64,000 bases of DNA from Octopus sinensis (lineage: Eukaryota). The notes beneath the pieces were generated by a model. The model saw only the letters and a list, made by a program, of their open reading frames with translations. It searched no databases and was not told the DNA's origin. Position numbers and translations under genes: made by a program. Where the stretch lies: the NCBI RefSeq assembly GCF_006345805.1, contig NC_043002.1:39866001-39930000 (forward strand). Reading direction: 5' to 3'. Shown here piece after piece: positions 49,487 through 60,900 of the stretch (its first letter is position 1; each line of letters starts with the position of its first letter).

Positions 49487-50880
49487 AGATATTGAAATGG
49501 TCACAAAGCAACATGAGATAAAGTATTTTGGTCAAGTACACAATGCATCACCTGTTCTGGGAATCGAAATCATGATCTCAGTCATGAGTGCAACACCTTA
49601 ATCCCTCAGCCACATACCCTCTACATCATCATCATTTAATGTCCACTTTCCATGCTGGTATGGGTTGGACGATTTGACAGGAGCTGGCCAGGCAGAAGAC
49701 TGCACCAGGCTTCTGTGTCTGTTTTCACAAGTTTTTTTTACAGTTGGATGGCCTTCCTAGCGCCAACCACCCAGCAAGTATTAGTGTGATATAGGTTTCT
49801 TGGCCTCTAATTCATCAACAGCAGCATCACATAAATCTTCTTTCTCTGTTTTTGTTTTCCAAATCTTTATCTATTGTTTTGTTTGTTGCTGTTTAGCCAA
49901 AAGAGAAAGAGCTCAGGATTAAATGTTGTTATTTAACCCCAGTAGACTAACGTCTATAAAAATTAAAAGAATAATTTTAAAAACCCTTCCACAGATGGTG
50001 ATGAATAAAATAACAAATGAAATAATAAAAAGATAACAGAAATGACTATTAGTTGGTAAAATGTTACCATCATGAAATTTCTGAAGATACAATGGGAAAA
50101 GAAAAAAAAAAACAGAAACTGATCAATAGATGATGAAAAGAATCATGTAGATGATGATTTTTTCAGATTATCAAATTCCGATTTGTTACAGGTGTTTCAT
50201 TGGGTTTTTGTAAGACAAAATATTTGATTTACATTGCTTTAGCTCACTCAAGCTGCCAGAAATAGGTACCAACCAGCTCATCTGACAATGTTACCTGCAA
50301 TGGATTGGTTTACCTCTTAACTTCATGTCTTGAAACTAGAGATGATATTAGCTCTCAGAGGTCACTTGAGTGCTTACAAAACATTTACATGTTTTTTGGT
50401 TTTTTTTTTTTTTGACAATCAATAGCACTTCAGATGAATGCTACAAAATAAGTATAAGCTTTCAAGGAGTCGATTTTGCAACCCAGTTTCAATTCCCAGT
50501 CATAACCATTTCAGTTCACTTATATTACTCATTCTCCACTCCTGAGAAATGCATGCATGCTATCCAATCTCATTATTCACCTCTAACAAATCTGAGATGG
50601 TGTATTGGTTGACTATGTTGGAAATCAATAAGACCAGCAAGCTCTGGAACCAGAGGAAGTTAGACTGAAATTCAGTGTACAGATAATATTAATATTATTG
50701 ATCTTGAAATGTTATGGAGATTATCATGAAACTGACAAGAGAGTATTGAAATTTGACCCAGTGAGTCAACCCTTCATTTTAAAATAAAACCAGGTCAATT
50801 GGAGTGGGTTTTTTTTCTTTTTTGTCTCAAATTGGTATTCATGTCTAATATCAGTTTCTGGTGAAAATACTGGAATACAA

Positions 50881-51107
50881 GGCGGCGAGCTGGCAGAAAT
50901 GTTAGCACGCCGGACGAAATGCGTAGTCGTATTTCGTCTGCCGTTACATTCTGAGTTCAAATTCCACCGAGGTCGACTTTGCCTTTCATCCTTTCGGGGT
51001 CAATAAATTAAGTACCAGTTGAGTACTGTGGTCAATATAATCGACTTAATCCGTTTGTCCTTGTTTGTCTCCTCTGTGTTTAGCCCCTTGTGGGTAGTAA
51101 AGAAATA
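50881..51107 (+). mobile_element. SINE family A monomer with ~13-bp TSD
   Basis: gaaaatactggaa (50863-50875) / gaaaatactagaa (51108-51120). Confidence 0.92.
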
Positions 51108-52095
51108 GAAAATACTAGAAGTTAATTTATCTGTAAAGCCGATGATATTTAAGATTTTGTTCCATGCAACCAAACTCTTTGATCAAGGGAAGCAGAATCA
51201 TAACTTAACACAAAAAAATTACTATTTCTCTATTGGGAGTTCTCACCCTTGCCTTTGTTTTGTTAAGCAATGTTCAACAACTTCCACAAATCAACCCTAG
51301 TACTTATTTTTTAGTGTCTTTTACAAAACGGCTGTTATTGGGATGTAAACAAACCAGCACCAGTTTTCAAGCAATGCTGTTGGGGAACAAACACACAAAC
51401 ATATATATACAATGGGCTTCAGTGCAGTTTCCGTCTACCAAAGGCATAAGGCATTGGTCAGCTCAGGATTATAGTAGAAGGCGTGGAGGTGCAATGGCCA
51501 AGTGGTTAGGGCAGCAGACTCATGGTTGTAGGATTGCAGTTTCAATTCCCAGACCGGGCATTGTGAGTGTTTATTGAGCAGAAACACTTAAAGCTCCACA
51601 AGCCTTCGGCGGGGGGAGGGGGTGGCAAACCATGCTGTACTCTTTCACCACAACTTTCTCTCATTCTTTCTTCCTGTTTCTGCTGTACCTGTATTTCAAA
51701 GGGCCAGCCTTGTCACACAGAGGGACTGAATATGAAATCATAAGGATACAAAGCAAGCCTCTTAAGATATATATATCTACTACATGTATGGGAAATTCTG
51801 TCTGTGGCTGTGTTTGTGGAGTTGTAAGCTAAATCCTCCTACATCGTTTTATTGATTTCAATGACACTCGATACGTGAATAGAACTCATGTCTGGAAACC
51901 TCATCGCATACTCAGATTGTTGAAAACATCGATACTAGGACTCCTAGAAGGGGTCCTTATACACATCTAAAATATTTCATTTTAACATCCAAGGAAAATA
52001 ACCCATTCATTTTCCAAAATCATTTGGTATAAATCAAATTAAGTATGCTTATTTCTTAGTATTTGAACTGTTCAAATACTATCTGCATGTATGAA

Positions 52096-52137
<42 letters not shown>

Positions 52138-52446
52138 CATACATACACACATATATATATAATATATCGCTGCTGTACTCTTTCGCCACAACTTTCTCTC
52201 ACTCTTTCTTCTGTTGACCTGCTAGCTTAGCCAGTGGGGTGGCGTCATTTGAAGGCTAAAACAATGCGAAGTGCATTGTGACCAGCGATGTGTAGCAACA
52301 TCTGATAGCCTGGTCGGTCACGGTGATGGTGATATATGTATGTATGTATATAATGACCATTCCTAAATACAATATATATATATATATATATATATATGTA
52401 TAAAAATATATATGTGTGTATATATATATATGTATAAAAATATATA

Positions 52447-52478
<32 letters not shown>

Positions 52479-52905
52479 ATCATCTGGGTAATAAATAACC
52501 TTACAGTGTGTATTTCAAAGCTCCTCCATGGTTATTGGCAACCATAAGATATCACAGGGCATTAGTACTCCTTTTACTGGATGTACAAGTGGAAAATCTT
52601 TACTGTATGCAGAATTCATGCAAAAAAAAAAAAAGAATTATAATCCAAAAAGATGGAATGAACAGGCTTTGATCCAAATAGCAATGATTGTTTCTGTACA
52701 TTTGTAACAGCTGTTAGTTGCTGAGAAAAAAAAACTTTTACAGGCATTGCCAAACTAATTAAGTTGGTGTGGTTGATACTAAATTGTAATCTCTGGTAGA
52801 TGTAAATGTATGTGTACATAGCAACTAATCCATTAGTCAAATTATATTTGATGTTGTCATTAAGGTTATAGCTAACTTGTGTATCCTTTTGTATTAGTTA
52901 GTTGG

Positions 52906-53026
52906 GCATAGTTTAATGAGGTTTGCCTGCTATTTCTGGCAAGTCTAGTGACTATGCAGAGGGCTTCCTTGCTGCATAGTCACTAGTCTTGCCAGAAATA
53001 GCAGGCAAACTCACCTTAAACTATGC
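52906..53026. repeat. 121-nt near-perfect inverted repeat (hairpin)
   Basis: Arms 52906-52959 and 52972-53026; 12-nt loop. Confidence 0.9.
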
Positions 53027-53192
53027 GCAAGCAACTAGTAGTAGCAGCAGCAACAACAGCGGTAGTAGTAGTAGTGAGCGGAGTGGAGCTATGATGGTGT
53101 ACTTATTTTGATTGGCTTTTCTAAACGTCTGAGAAATTTAACATCACATTGATATGCACACATACTAACCACATAAGCATCGCACAATTTAC

Positions 53193-53233
<41 letters not shown>

Positions 53234-53235
<2 letters not shown>

Positions 53236-54118
53236 AGGTGTGGTGAATATATTGTCATCTAAATTACACAAAAATGAAAATAACACTAACATCCCATTTT
53301 AACAGATATATTTACCAAAATTACATAAAAGTACCTTGAAATTCTGAAGAGTAAACTTATTCAATAAATCGCTATTGGCTTTAACCATGGCCTGCAGGCA
53401 ACTTTGGAATCTTCTGCAACTCTTCTGAAGAGTTTCCTTGTCTAAGTTGGTGAATGCTGCCATAATCCTTACTGTCAATTCATCTTTGTGTTACAAAGAG
53501 TTTTGTTGGTCTCTCGCTCAACTGCACCCCACACATAATAATCAAGAAGGTTGCAGTCTGTGGAGTTAGGTGACTAGATATTAGAGGTGGTGTGGTCACA
53601 GAAATTGTCTGACAGCCATGACTGGGTTCTACTGCTTGTGTGGCATGGTGCAGAGTCCTGTTGCCAGACATAGGGTCTTCCAGCAGCCACCCTCTTGACC
53701 CAGGGCAGCATTACTTCCTCGAGGCATTTGATGTAGGCCTTTGTGTTGAGTCTGAGGCCGTATGGGAAGAGGAATGGAGGCATGACGTTGCCATAACTAG
53801 TGATCACTCCAAACACCATGTTGTTGACTGCATATTTGATTTTCATCACTCTCTGTACATGTCTTGGGGACACAGAAAGCCAACGGTTGTTCTATGTGTT
53901 CACCCTCTGTTCATATTAGAGCTTCTGGTGCGAATGCCAAGCAGTACAGCCTGTCGTTTCCAAATTTCTGGCAGAGTGAATTGCATCAGGGTGCTGTTTT
54001 TTTCACAGACAGTGCCCAACTGACTCTACAATACTGTGTATTCGACAAAATACAAAAAAAAACATGCACATGCACGAAATTAAAAATAAAATCACTACAA
54101 TTTACCCATCACACCCTG
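53234..54118 (-). mobile_element. Internally deleted maT/Bmmar1-type (D37D) transposon
   Basis: TIR-like cagggtgtgatgggtaaattg / caaggtgtggtgaatatattg; WQQDSAPCH..(37 aa)..NLLDYYVWG; DNA-binding region deleted. Confidence 0.85.
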
Positions 54119-54449
54119 TATGTATACATACATGTGTGAGTGTGTGTGTGGGTATGTCTAGATAGCTTGATGGATGGAATATACAATATATATTAAATAT
54201 ATAGAAGTGTTTAAACTCCATAAAATATATCCATTATTCAAGAGCTCAATTATGAGTATATCATTAAACTCCAATATATTTATTACTATAATGCAATATT
54301 CATCAGTGGAACAAGTGAATAAGTTTGCCTGTCTGGCAAGATTGGTTAAAACGATTGTTCGCAGTTGTAGAGTTGAATTAAATTATGAATCACTCGATTT
54401 TCTTTTTTTCGTTTCTACCTCTTCTCTGTGAATGTCTCCTGTCCGTTGC

Positions 54450-54484
<35 letters not shown>

Positions 54485-54499
54485 AGAATTTTTTGTGTA

Positions 54500-54845
54500 A
54501 TGAGATAAAAAACCAAGGCTGTGTAGGTATTAGAACATTTATAGATAGGTCTTACAGCTGCTTCCAGGATATTTATTAATTATATCCCTTCATCAGAGAT
54601 GGTGTGAGAGGATGGTTAAGTAATAGTTAATTTAGATAGGATACAAAATAGAGAGTAAGGTGGAGGAAAAAGAATAGATGTGAGATATGTAGGGATACTG
54701 AATTTGTAGATCCATTTTTTAGGAAGAATGGTATATATGTAAGATCCCAATAACTTATGAGTAAAATCCAACAGAATATCTAAAATGGGTCATTCCAAGT
54801 ATAGAGTTTATACACAATGCAAGATTCCAATACCTTATGAGTGAG

Positions 54846-54894
<49 letters not shown>

Positions 54895-55215
54895 ATTTGA
54901 TTTTTTTCAGGGGTAATTAAAAACCGTACCAGTTTTAATCAAATACTACAAGGTATACCACCACCCCAACACTGAAAATAATTTCCATCACAAATTCCAA
55001 TATAATCCAAATCTACTCTATCTGAATGGTATTTGGAAAAAACATCATTAAAAATTATGCGTTCTTCTGAAATTTGTGAGGACACAAAAGTGGTGGGTGA
55101 GGAGGACACATTAGTGAAGGTATACAATGAAAACTATAAATCATGAACTGATGTCCACAAGGAAACCCAACATTGTCTTCATTAGGGCAAGTCCTCAGCA
55201 AGACTTCTGAACATC
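54500..55215 (-). pseudogene. Penelope-like element remnant (RT motifs, GIY-YIG C-terminus, CT-rich 3' UTR, hammerhead)
   Basis: Degenerate YTFTNVS (SLFTNVP-like), CDGNYFQC (NYF motif) and KVLESCIVYKL; pyrimidine-rich UTR ending in a hammerhead motif. Confidence 0.55.
54550..54599 (-). ncRNA. Decayed type I hammerhead motif
   Basis: TCT-CTGATGA-A-GGGATAT loop ATATCCT-g-GAAG-CAGCTG T-A-AGA. Palindromic CAGCTG stem III; GAAA mutated to GAAG. Confidence 0.6.
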
Positions 55216-55735
55216 CCCTACCAAAAACCACCCTTTTCTTACATTTTTTCGACCCCCCCCCCTCTTTTGGCTACGAGGAATACGAATCTGCAAAAAGATT
55301 GGCAAAAATCAGCATTTTTAAATTACCCCCCACCCCACCCCATTTCCTTCATTTTAAAACTTTTTTCAGAAATTTTTTTTTTCTAAATATGCAAAAAAAT
55401 ACAGACATTATGATTCTGAAAACAATTTCAAAACATTTCTGTAGTTACGGCTAGGGTTAGGATTTTAGGGTTACAGTTAGGGTTTTGGGGTTAGTGTTAG
55501 GTTAGGGTTAGGGTTATGGTTTTAGGGTTAGGCATAGGGTTAAGATTAGGGTTAGGGTTAGCGTTTTAGAGTTGGGGTTTTAGGGTTAGGGTTCGTGTTA
55601 GGGAAAAAAGTCAAAATTTAAGAATTGGGGTGGGGTAATTTCACAATGCCGATTTTTGGCAATTTTCCAGAACCTCCGTATCCGAAAACGGGGGATTTTG
55701 GCAAAAACAATTGGGAGAAAATGGGTGGGGACGGG
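55215..55735. mobile_element. Foldback/MITE-like element with long imperfect TIRs enclosing a telomere-like array
   Basis: attggcaaaaatcagcatttttaaattacccc (55298-55345) is inverted relative to 55621-55663. Confidence 0.65.
55452..55603 (+). repeat. Interstitial degenerate (TTAGGG)n array
   Basis: ttagggttagggttatggttttagggttagg... Confidence 0.92.
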
Positions 55736-55950
55736 CAGAAATCTTTCCAAGTCCTCTAATGACACTGATGCCAAGCTGTATCCGTCCTTGCCCATCCTCG
55801 ACAACATTTGTAGCATGGAAAGGGAAAACCTGCTACATGGGTAACACAGACTAAAGTAAAACTTTTCAAATGCAACTCCTTTGTGTCACAAAATCATGGA
55901 AATGTCGTTGAAGAAGTGGAAGAAATGGCAGTCAATATTCACAAAACATA

Positions 55951-56143
55951 AGGCGGCGAGCCAGCACGATCGTTACAACACCAGGCAAAATGCTTAGCAG
56001 TATTCCGTACATTTTTACGTTCTTAGTTCAAATTCCGCCAATATCCTTTTGAAGTCGATAAAATAAGTACCAATTGAGTACTGGGGTCGATATATTTGAC
56101 TTACTCCTCCCCGAAATTGCTGGCTTTTTCCAAAAATAGAAAC
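55951..56143 (+). mobile_element. SINE family A variant with a different tail and 17-bp TSD
   Basis: caatattcacaaaacat (55933-55949) / caatattcataaaacat (56144-56160). Confidence 0.85.
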
Positions 56144-57689
56144 CAATATTCATAAAACATGAGACTGGAGGAACTAATACTCAGAATTTATTGTCTGACA
56201 GAGGGCCTGCGACTGTTATGGACACTGCATTGATGGACGGGAATAAAAGGTCACAGGAAAAAATATCATGTCATTTAAATACCATGAATAATAGTTAGTA
56301 TAAATAAATACTTTAAATCGCATATTAATTGACAACACGTCTTGTACACTATGACAAGACAATTTATACAACATACAATTTGTATATACTCCTATGACAA
56401 GGCAATTTATAATATTTATACATCTTAAAACAATGTCTTTTTTTCAAGTTTGCGCTGTAACTTTTTTTCCTTTGATTTCTATTCCTGTATCTGTAACTTT
56501 TGTTCCTCATTTCACCTTAACTGACTAAATTCATTTCTGATTTTGACTCAATGTCAGCTCGTTTAATGGAAGGTTATTTGATCAAATTGACCTCAGCACT
56601 TAACTAGTACTTCTTTTTTCGATCTTGGTAAAAAAAAAAAAAAATTGAAAACGAAGTTGATATCAATAGGGTTTGAACTCAGTACCTAGAGAACCACAAG
56701 ACATATTCTCCGCTGCTTCAACGAGTCTCCCAAGCCCAAAAGCTACGCCAAGCAAGCTGGTTTCCATTCCCAGTCGAAGTTAATTCATTCATTCCTCTAA
56801 TGTCTATTTCTGCCTACTCTTTCAACAATAAAACACAGAAGTGTTAACATATGGCATTTATTTTATAAAACGTGTTCTAGTTTGCCTGGTTTTAGCACAG
56901 CTTGTTAAGCTTGAGACGAAAAGTGGTCAATAAAAAAAAAAAAGCTCTATAAAACGTTATATTAGATTCAACCGTCTATATTCCCACACCTTACTAACTA
57001 GACCCTGCGTTTGATAAAAGGAAATCGATACTATCAAAGCAAAAAGTATTTTAAAAAGAAAATCCAATTTCCACATTGTTATGGTATTAATGGGATCGGA
57101 TCTTTCAACCCAATTTTATTGTGAGTCAACGTTGCTATAGTATATCATTTAAGAAGACAGAACTCGAACCTACATTTCAACATAGTGTTTCTTCTCCCTG
57201 AGAACAAACACACAAAGGTCTTATTTCCAGTTTCCATAGTTATATGGTGAACTGATATAAGAGCCATGAGAAAAAGTCTCAAATTTAGTCAAGAAAGCAA
57301 ATAACGTATTTGGTCAGATCAAATTTTGGTTTGGTAAAAGATAATATTTCATTTAAATATCATAAATGACAGTTAAAGTACTTTAAAGTAAATATTTTAA
57401 GTCGATTAACTTGCAGAACATGACTAGTACACGGTGAAAACAATGAAGGGTATTACACGTATTCGGGGGTGGGAGAATTCATCTTCTATTAAATACTTTA
57501 GATAAAACAATGAAATAGAAAAACATAAATCATTTAACAAATTTTCTGTAATTTTTATCTGTAAGTGTTTTTTACTGGTGACGTTTTTTTTTTCTTTTCG
57601 TTTATATATGGCAGGCAACAATTCCATACGGTTTTTATTTAGGCTATTGTGACCATGAAATACTTCCAGCTTCAGTGAATTTCTCTATA

Positions 57690-57720
<31 letters not shown>

Positions 57721-57941
57721 CGATATTCTATCATTAGTTGGCGAAACAAATACTTTTCTTTTTCTTTTGTTTTGCTTTTGAATACATTTATTTTCTCGTC
57801 TTAATTCTTCAGTGTTATTTTAAGATGGTATTACATAAAACTGTAAAACAACAAATGAATAGTTTGAAGTGATTCATATAACATTATGATTCAATCTCAA
57901 AGATTCAGATTTATGACAAACACTGGAACAAACGTCTAAGA

Positions 57942-58047
57942 CAATGGTTCTAACCTTTTCACGACCAAGGATATGAAATTTAGGATATGAATTTAGTTCA
58001 CGGACCCCCTAGTACTACCTTTGCGGACCACAGGTTGGGAACCACTC
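57942..58047. mobile_element. hAT (Charlie-like) MITE, 106 bp
   Basis: Ends caatggttctaacc / ggttgggaaccactc; perfect 8-bp TSD gtctaaga (57934-57941, 58048-58055). Confidence 0.88.
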
Positions 58048-58859
58048 GTCTAAGACATTGAAAGTTTTGTGTCTTGGACGGGTCATTTGTTTCAACACAC
58101 GAATTCACATCAAGAATCTAGCAAGCCAAATACATTAAAAGACATTTGAGTCAAAAAGTCTTTTAATAACAAAGTAGTTCACGCGACCTAGATTTAAGGC
58201 TCACGAAACGAAACTTTCCGAATTAAATTAATCAAAATATGCCAGCGCTCACACACGGGTACATACATACATACATAATAATATATATATATATATATAT
58301 TTGCATGTATGAAGATATATTTATGTATGTGCGTATATAGATATTTGTGGCTATATATAATTACACAAAAAAAAAAACGACAGGTGAGAGAACAATAGAC
58401 AAGTTTAAAAGTATATATATACTTTTAGTTGTTTAGTCAGTGTAGTACACGGTCATGTCGAGGCACCGTCTTTGGAGTAATTTAGTCAAACAAATCGTTC
58501 CCAGTACTTATTTTCCTTTCTCAGCCTGGTGCTTTATTTTATTGGACTCTTTGAAAGGGACCACTAACTTAGGGAGACGTAAACAAACCAACACCGCTTG
58601 TCAAGCGGTGGGGGCGACAAACACAGACATAAAGATACACACATATATATTCGAATAGATATATTTAATACAAATATATGTATGTATAGATATATATCTA
58701 AGTACAAACACTCATAAATACATATAAATGTCTGCTACATTTGGGAAGACCCATATGTCTATCGTATGTATAAGTTGCATATGATACAGATGTATTGTGT
58801 GTATTATATATTATATACAGTTGTGTGCGTACGAACACATACTAATGTATATTATTTAT

Positions 58860-58877
58860 GAATATATATATATATAT

Positions 58878-58917
<40 letters not shown>

Positions 58918-59013
58918 TTATATAGATAGATAGATATATAAACCATATATATATATATATTTATTTATTTATATAGATAGATATATAAACTATATATATA
59001 TATATAGATAGAT

Positions 59014-59093
<80 letters not shown>

Positions 59094-59105
59094 ATATATA
59101 TATAT
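58860..59105. repeat. Long (TA)n/(TAGA)n array
   Basis: Direct reading. Confidence 0.95.
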
Positions 59106-59199
59106 ATATGTGGGTGTGTAGTATCGTATTTATATTTTATATGTATAATTTATCATAAGAGATATAAAATAATGTACACGCACGCACATATCCAATACA

Positions 59200-60900
59200 A
59201 TAAAATATATGATATTAATGATCCGTAACTACGTCAAGTCAGGCTAAGTGGTGGGTGGGGAGCACTTTAAGTACTATACTGACTCACGTCATCAGAAGTA
59301 GAAAGCGCTACCACGTTCCGGAATATTCTTTCCCGAAGATGTATAAGTAAACAGATTAAGGATTTGTAAACAACAAAGCATGTTAGATTATGTGTCCAAT
59401 GAAGAACAAATTACATGAAATATCACTAGAAGTTTTTAAAACAATATTTTTAACCGATCATACAAAAGATCCCTAAAAACTCAAGTATAATATAGATGTT
59501 TTTCAGCCTTTCTCAATTTCGTGAATCGCGCTCCTAAGATTTTTAGGGATTATTAAAAAAATAAAATAAAATAATATAAAGGATTTTTCAGCCCCTTATT
59601 CTCAGTTTTGCGAACTCCACCTGCAAGATTTGGGGAAGGGATATACATTCACACACACATACACACAACACACACACACACACAAAACAAGACATGTCTG
59701 TAAATTTTTGTCAGCCCTTCTCAATTTCGCGAACCCTATTCCCAAGACTTTTAGGGGAAATTTTCACGTTTTATGTAACACACTACCAGTAGACGAAGTT
59801 TAAAAGTGTTTAGTTACAAAGAAATTATTTTAAAAATCTTTTCAAAGTGAAAAGATACCTTTTAGGGGTTATAAAAAAAAAGGGCATTGCTATTAATATA
59901 AAATATTTTTCAGTACTTTCTCTGTTTCGCGAATCCCAAGCTTAGGTTTTTTAGAGATTATATATTTTTAAAAAATACAAAAAGCCCTGCCATAAAATAA
60001 TATAAAAAATATTTTTCTGCCCTTTCTCTCAACGTTTGAGAACCCCACTAAGCGACTAGTAACCAAAACAACAGGGGAAGCTAGGGTCTAAACAGGTTAT
60101 AGTCTGTCCACTGTTTATATTTAAATATAGGTTCTCTAGTTAGACACGCCTTCTCTTCTTCCCTTGAAAAAAGTAAACACTCTTTTCAAAGGGGCTGTTA
60201 TAGTTTGATGAACAGCGATGACCTAGTTTTTCGTGGTGACCTTGTCGAGTAACTGACATATAAACATCACATCTCCGTCCCCCACCTACAAAACTCACAC
60301 ACACAGGCACGTAGGCTTGTGCGCGCACACACATATACTCACACACGCGCACACTGGCACGTACGCACACAGACTCACTGGCACACTCACGCGCGGATAC
60401 GCACACACAGACACACACATACAGCCACCACTTTGGAAGTAATAGTGGAAGAGGGAGGCGTGTATGTATGTAAACACAGTCTGTTTCTCTGTTATTTTCG
60501 TCTTGTTGCTGACATCACCCATCTGCTGTGTCTTCCTTTCCTCCAGCACGTGACCCAGCTTAGCCTGCACAGCTGACTTCGCCACCCGCTCCTTCCACTG
60601 ACATTTATGACGACCACTACCCCCATCATTATTATTTTTATTATTATTATTATCATCACCATCATTATCATCATCGTCACCCCCTTTTCAATGTTCAGGA
60701 CTTGCGCTTTCTCTTGTTACTACCACCGTCGTCGTCGTCTACAGCCATAAGAAGCAGAGTCGCTGACACGTACTTGTCAAGCAACTGCTATTGTTAAGCT
60801 TTCAACTTCCTTCCTCAGGCGAACTGATTGATGTAAACACAGTCTGCCTCCTTTGTTTTTCAACTAGAACCCAGAGAACAAAATCATGAAACTTAGAAAC
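59200..60900. promoter_or_regulatory. Putative promoter/enhancer region (SINE-poor, CpG-retaining, motif cluster)
   Basis: TGACTCA/ACGTCA at 59280-59291, five GTAAACA, CACGTG at 60547, AAACTAGGTCA (minus, half-site 60219-60224), TTATGTAA at 59771. Motif matches only. Confidence 0.35.
59490..60060. repeat. Five dispersed degenerate ~45-bp modules (cagcc(c)ttctcaatttcgcgaa..aagattttaggg)
   Basis: Module starts near 59504, 59589, 59712, 59911 and 60017; probably an old non-autonomous DNA element. Confidence 0.6.

Noticed and set aside
50577-50660. Possible 84-nt minus-strand exon (SNFLWFQSLLVLLISNIVNQYTISDLLE), and similar AG/GT-bounded segments near 35.9, 43.9 and 50.3 kb
   Set aside because: Such short open segments are expected by chance, cannot be chained into a coherent protein, and need RNA-seq support.
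55452-55603. True chromosome end or fusion scar
   Set aside because: Short, degenerate, single orientation and enclosed by element TIRs.
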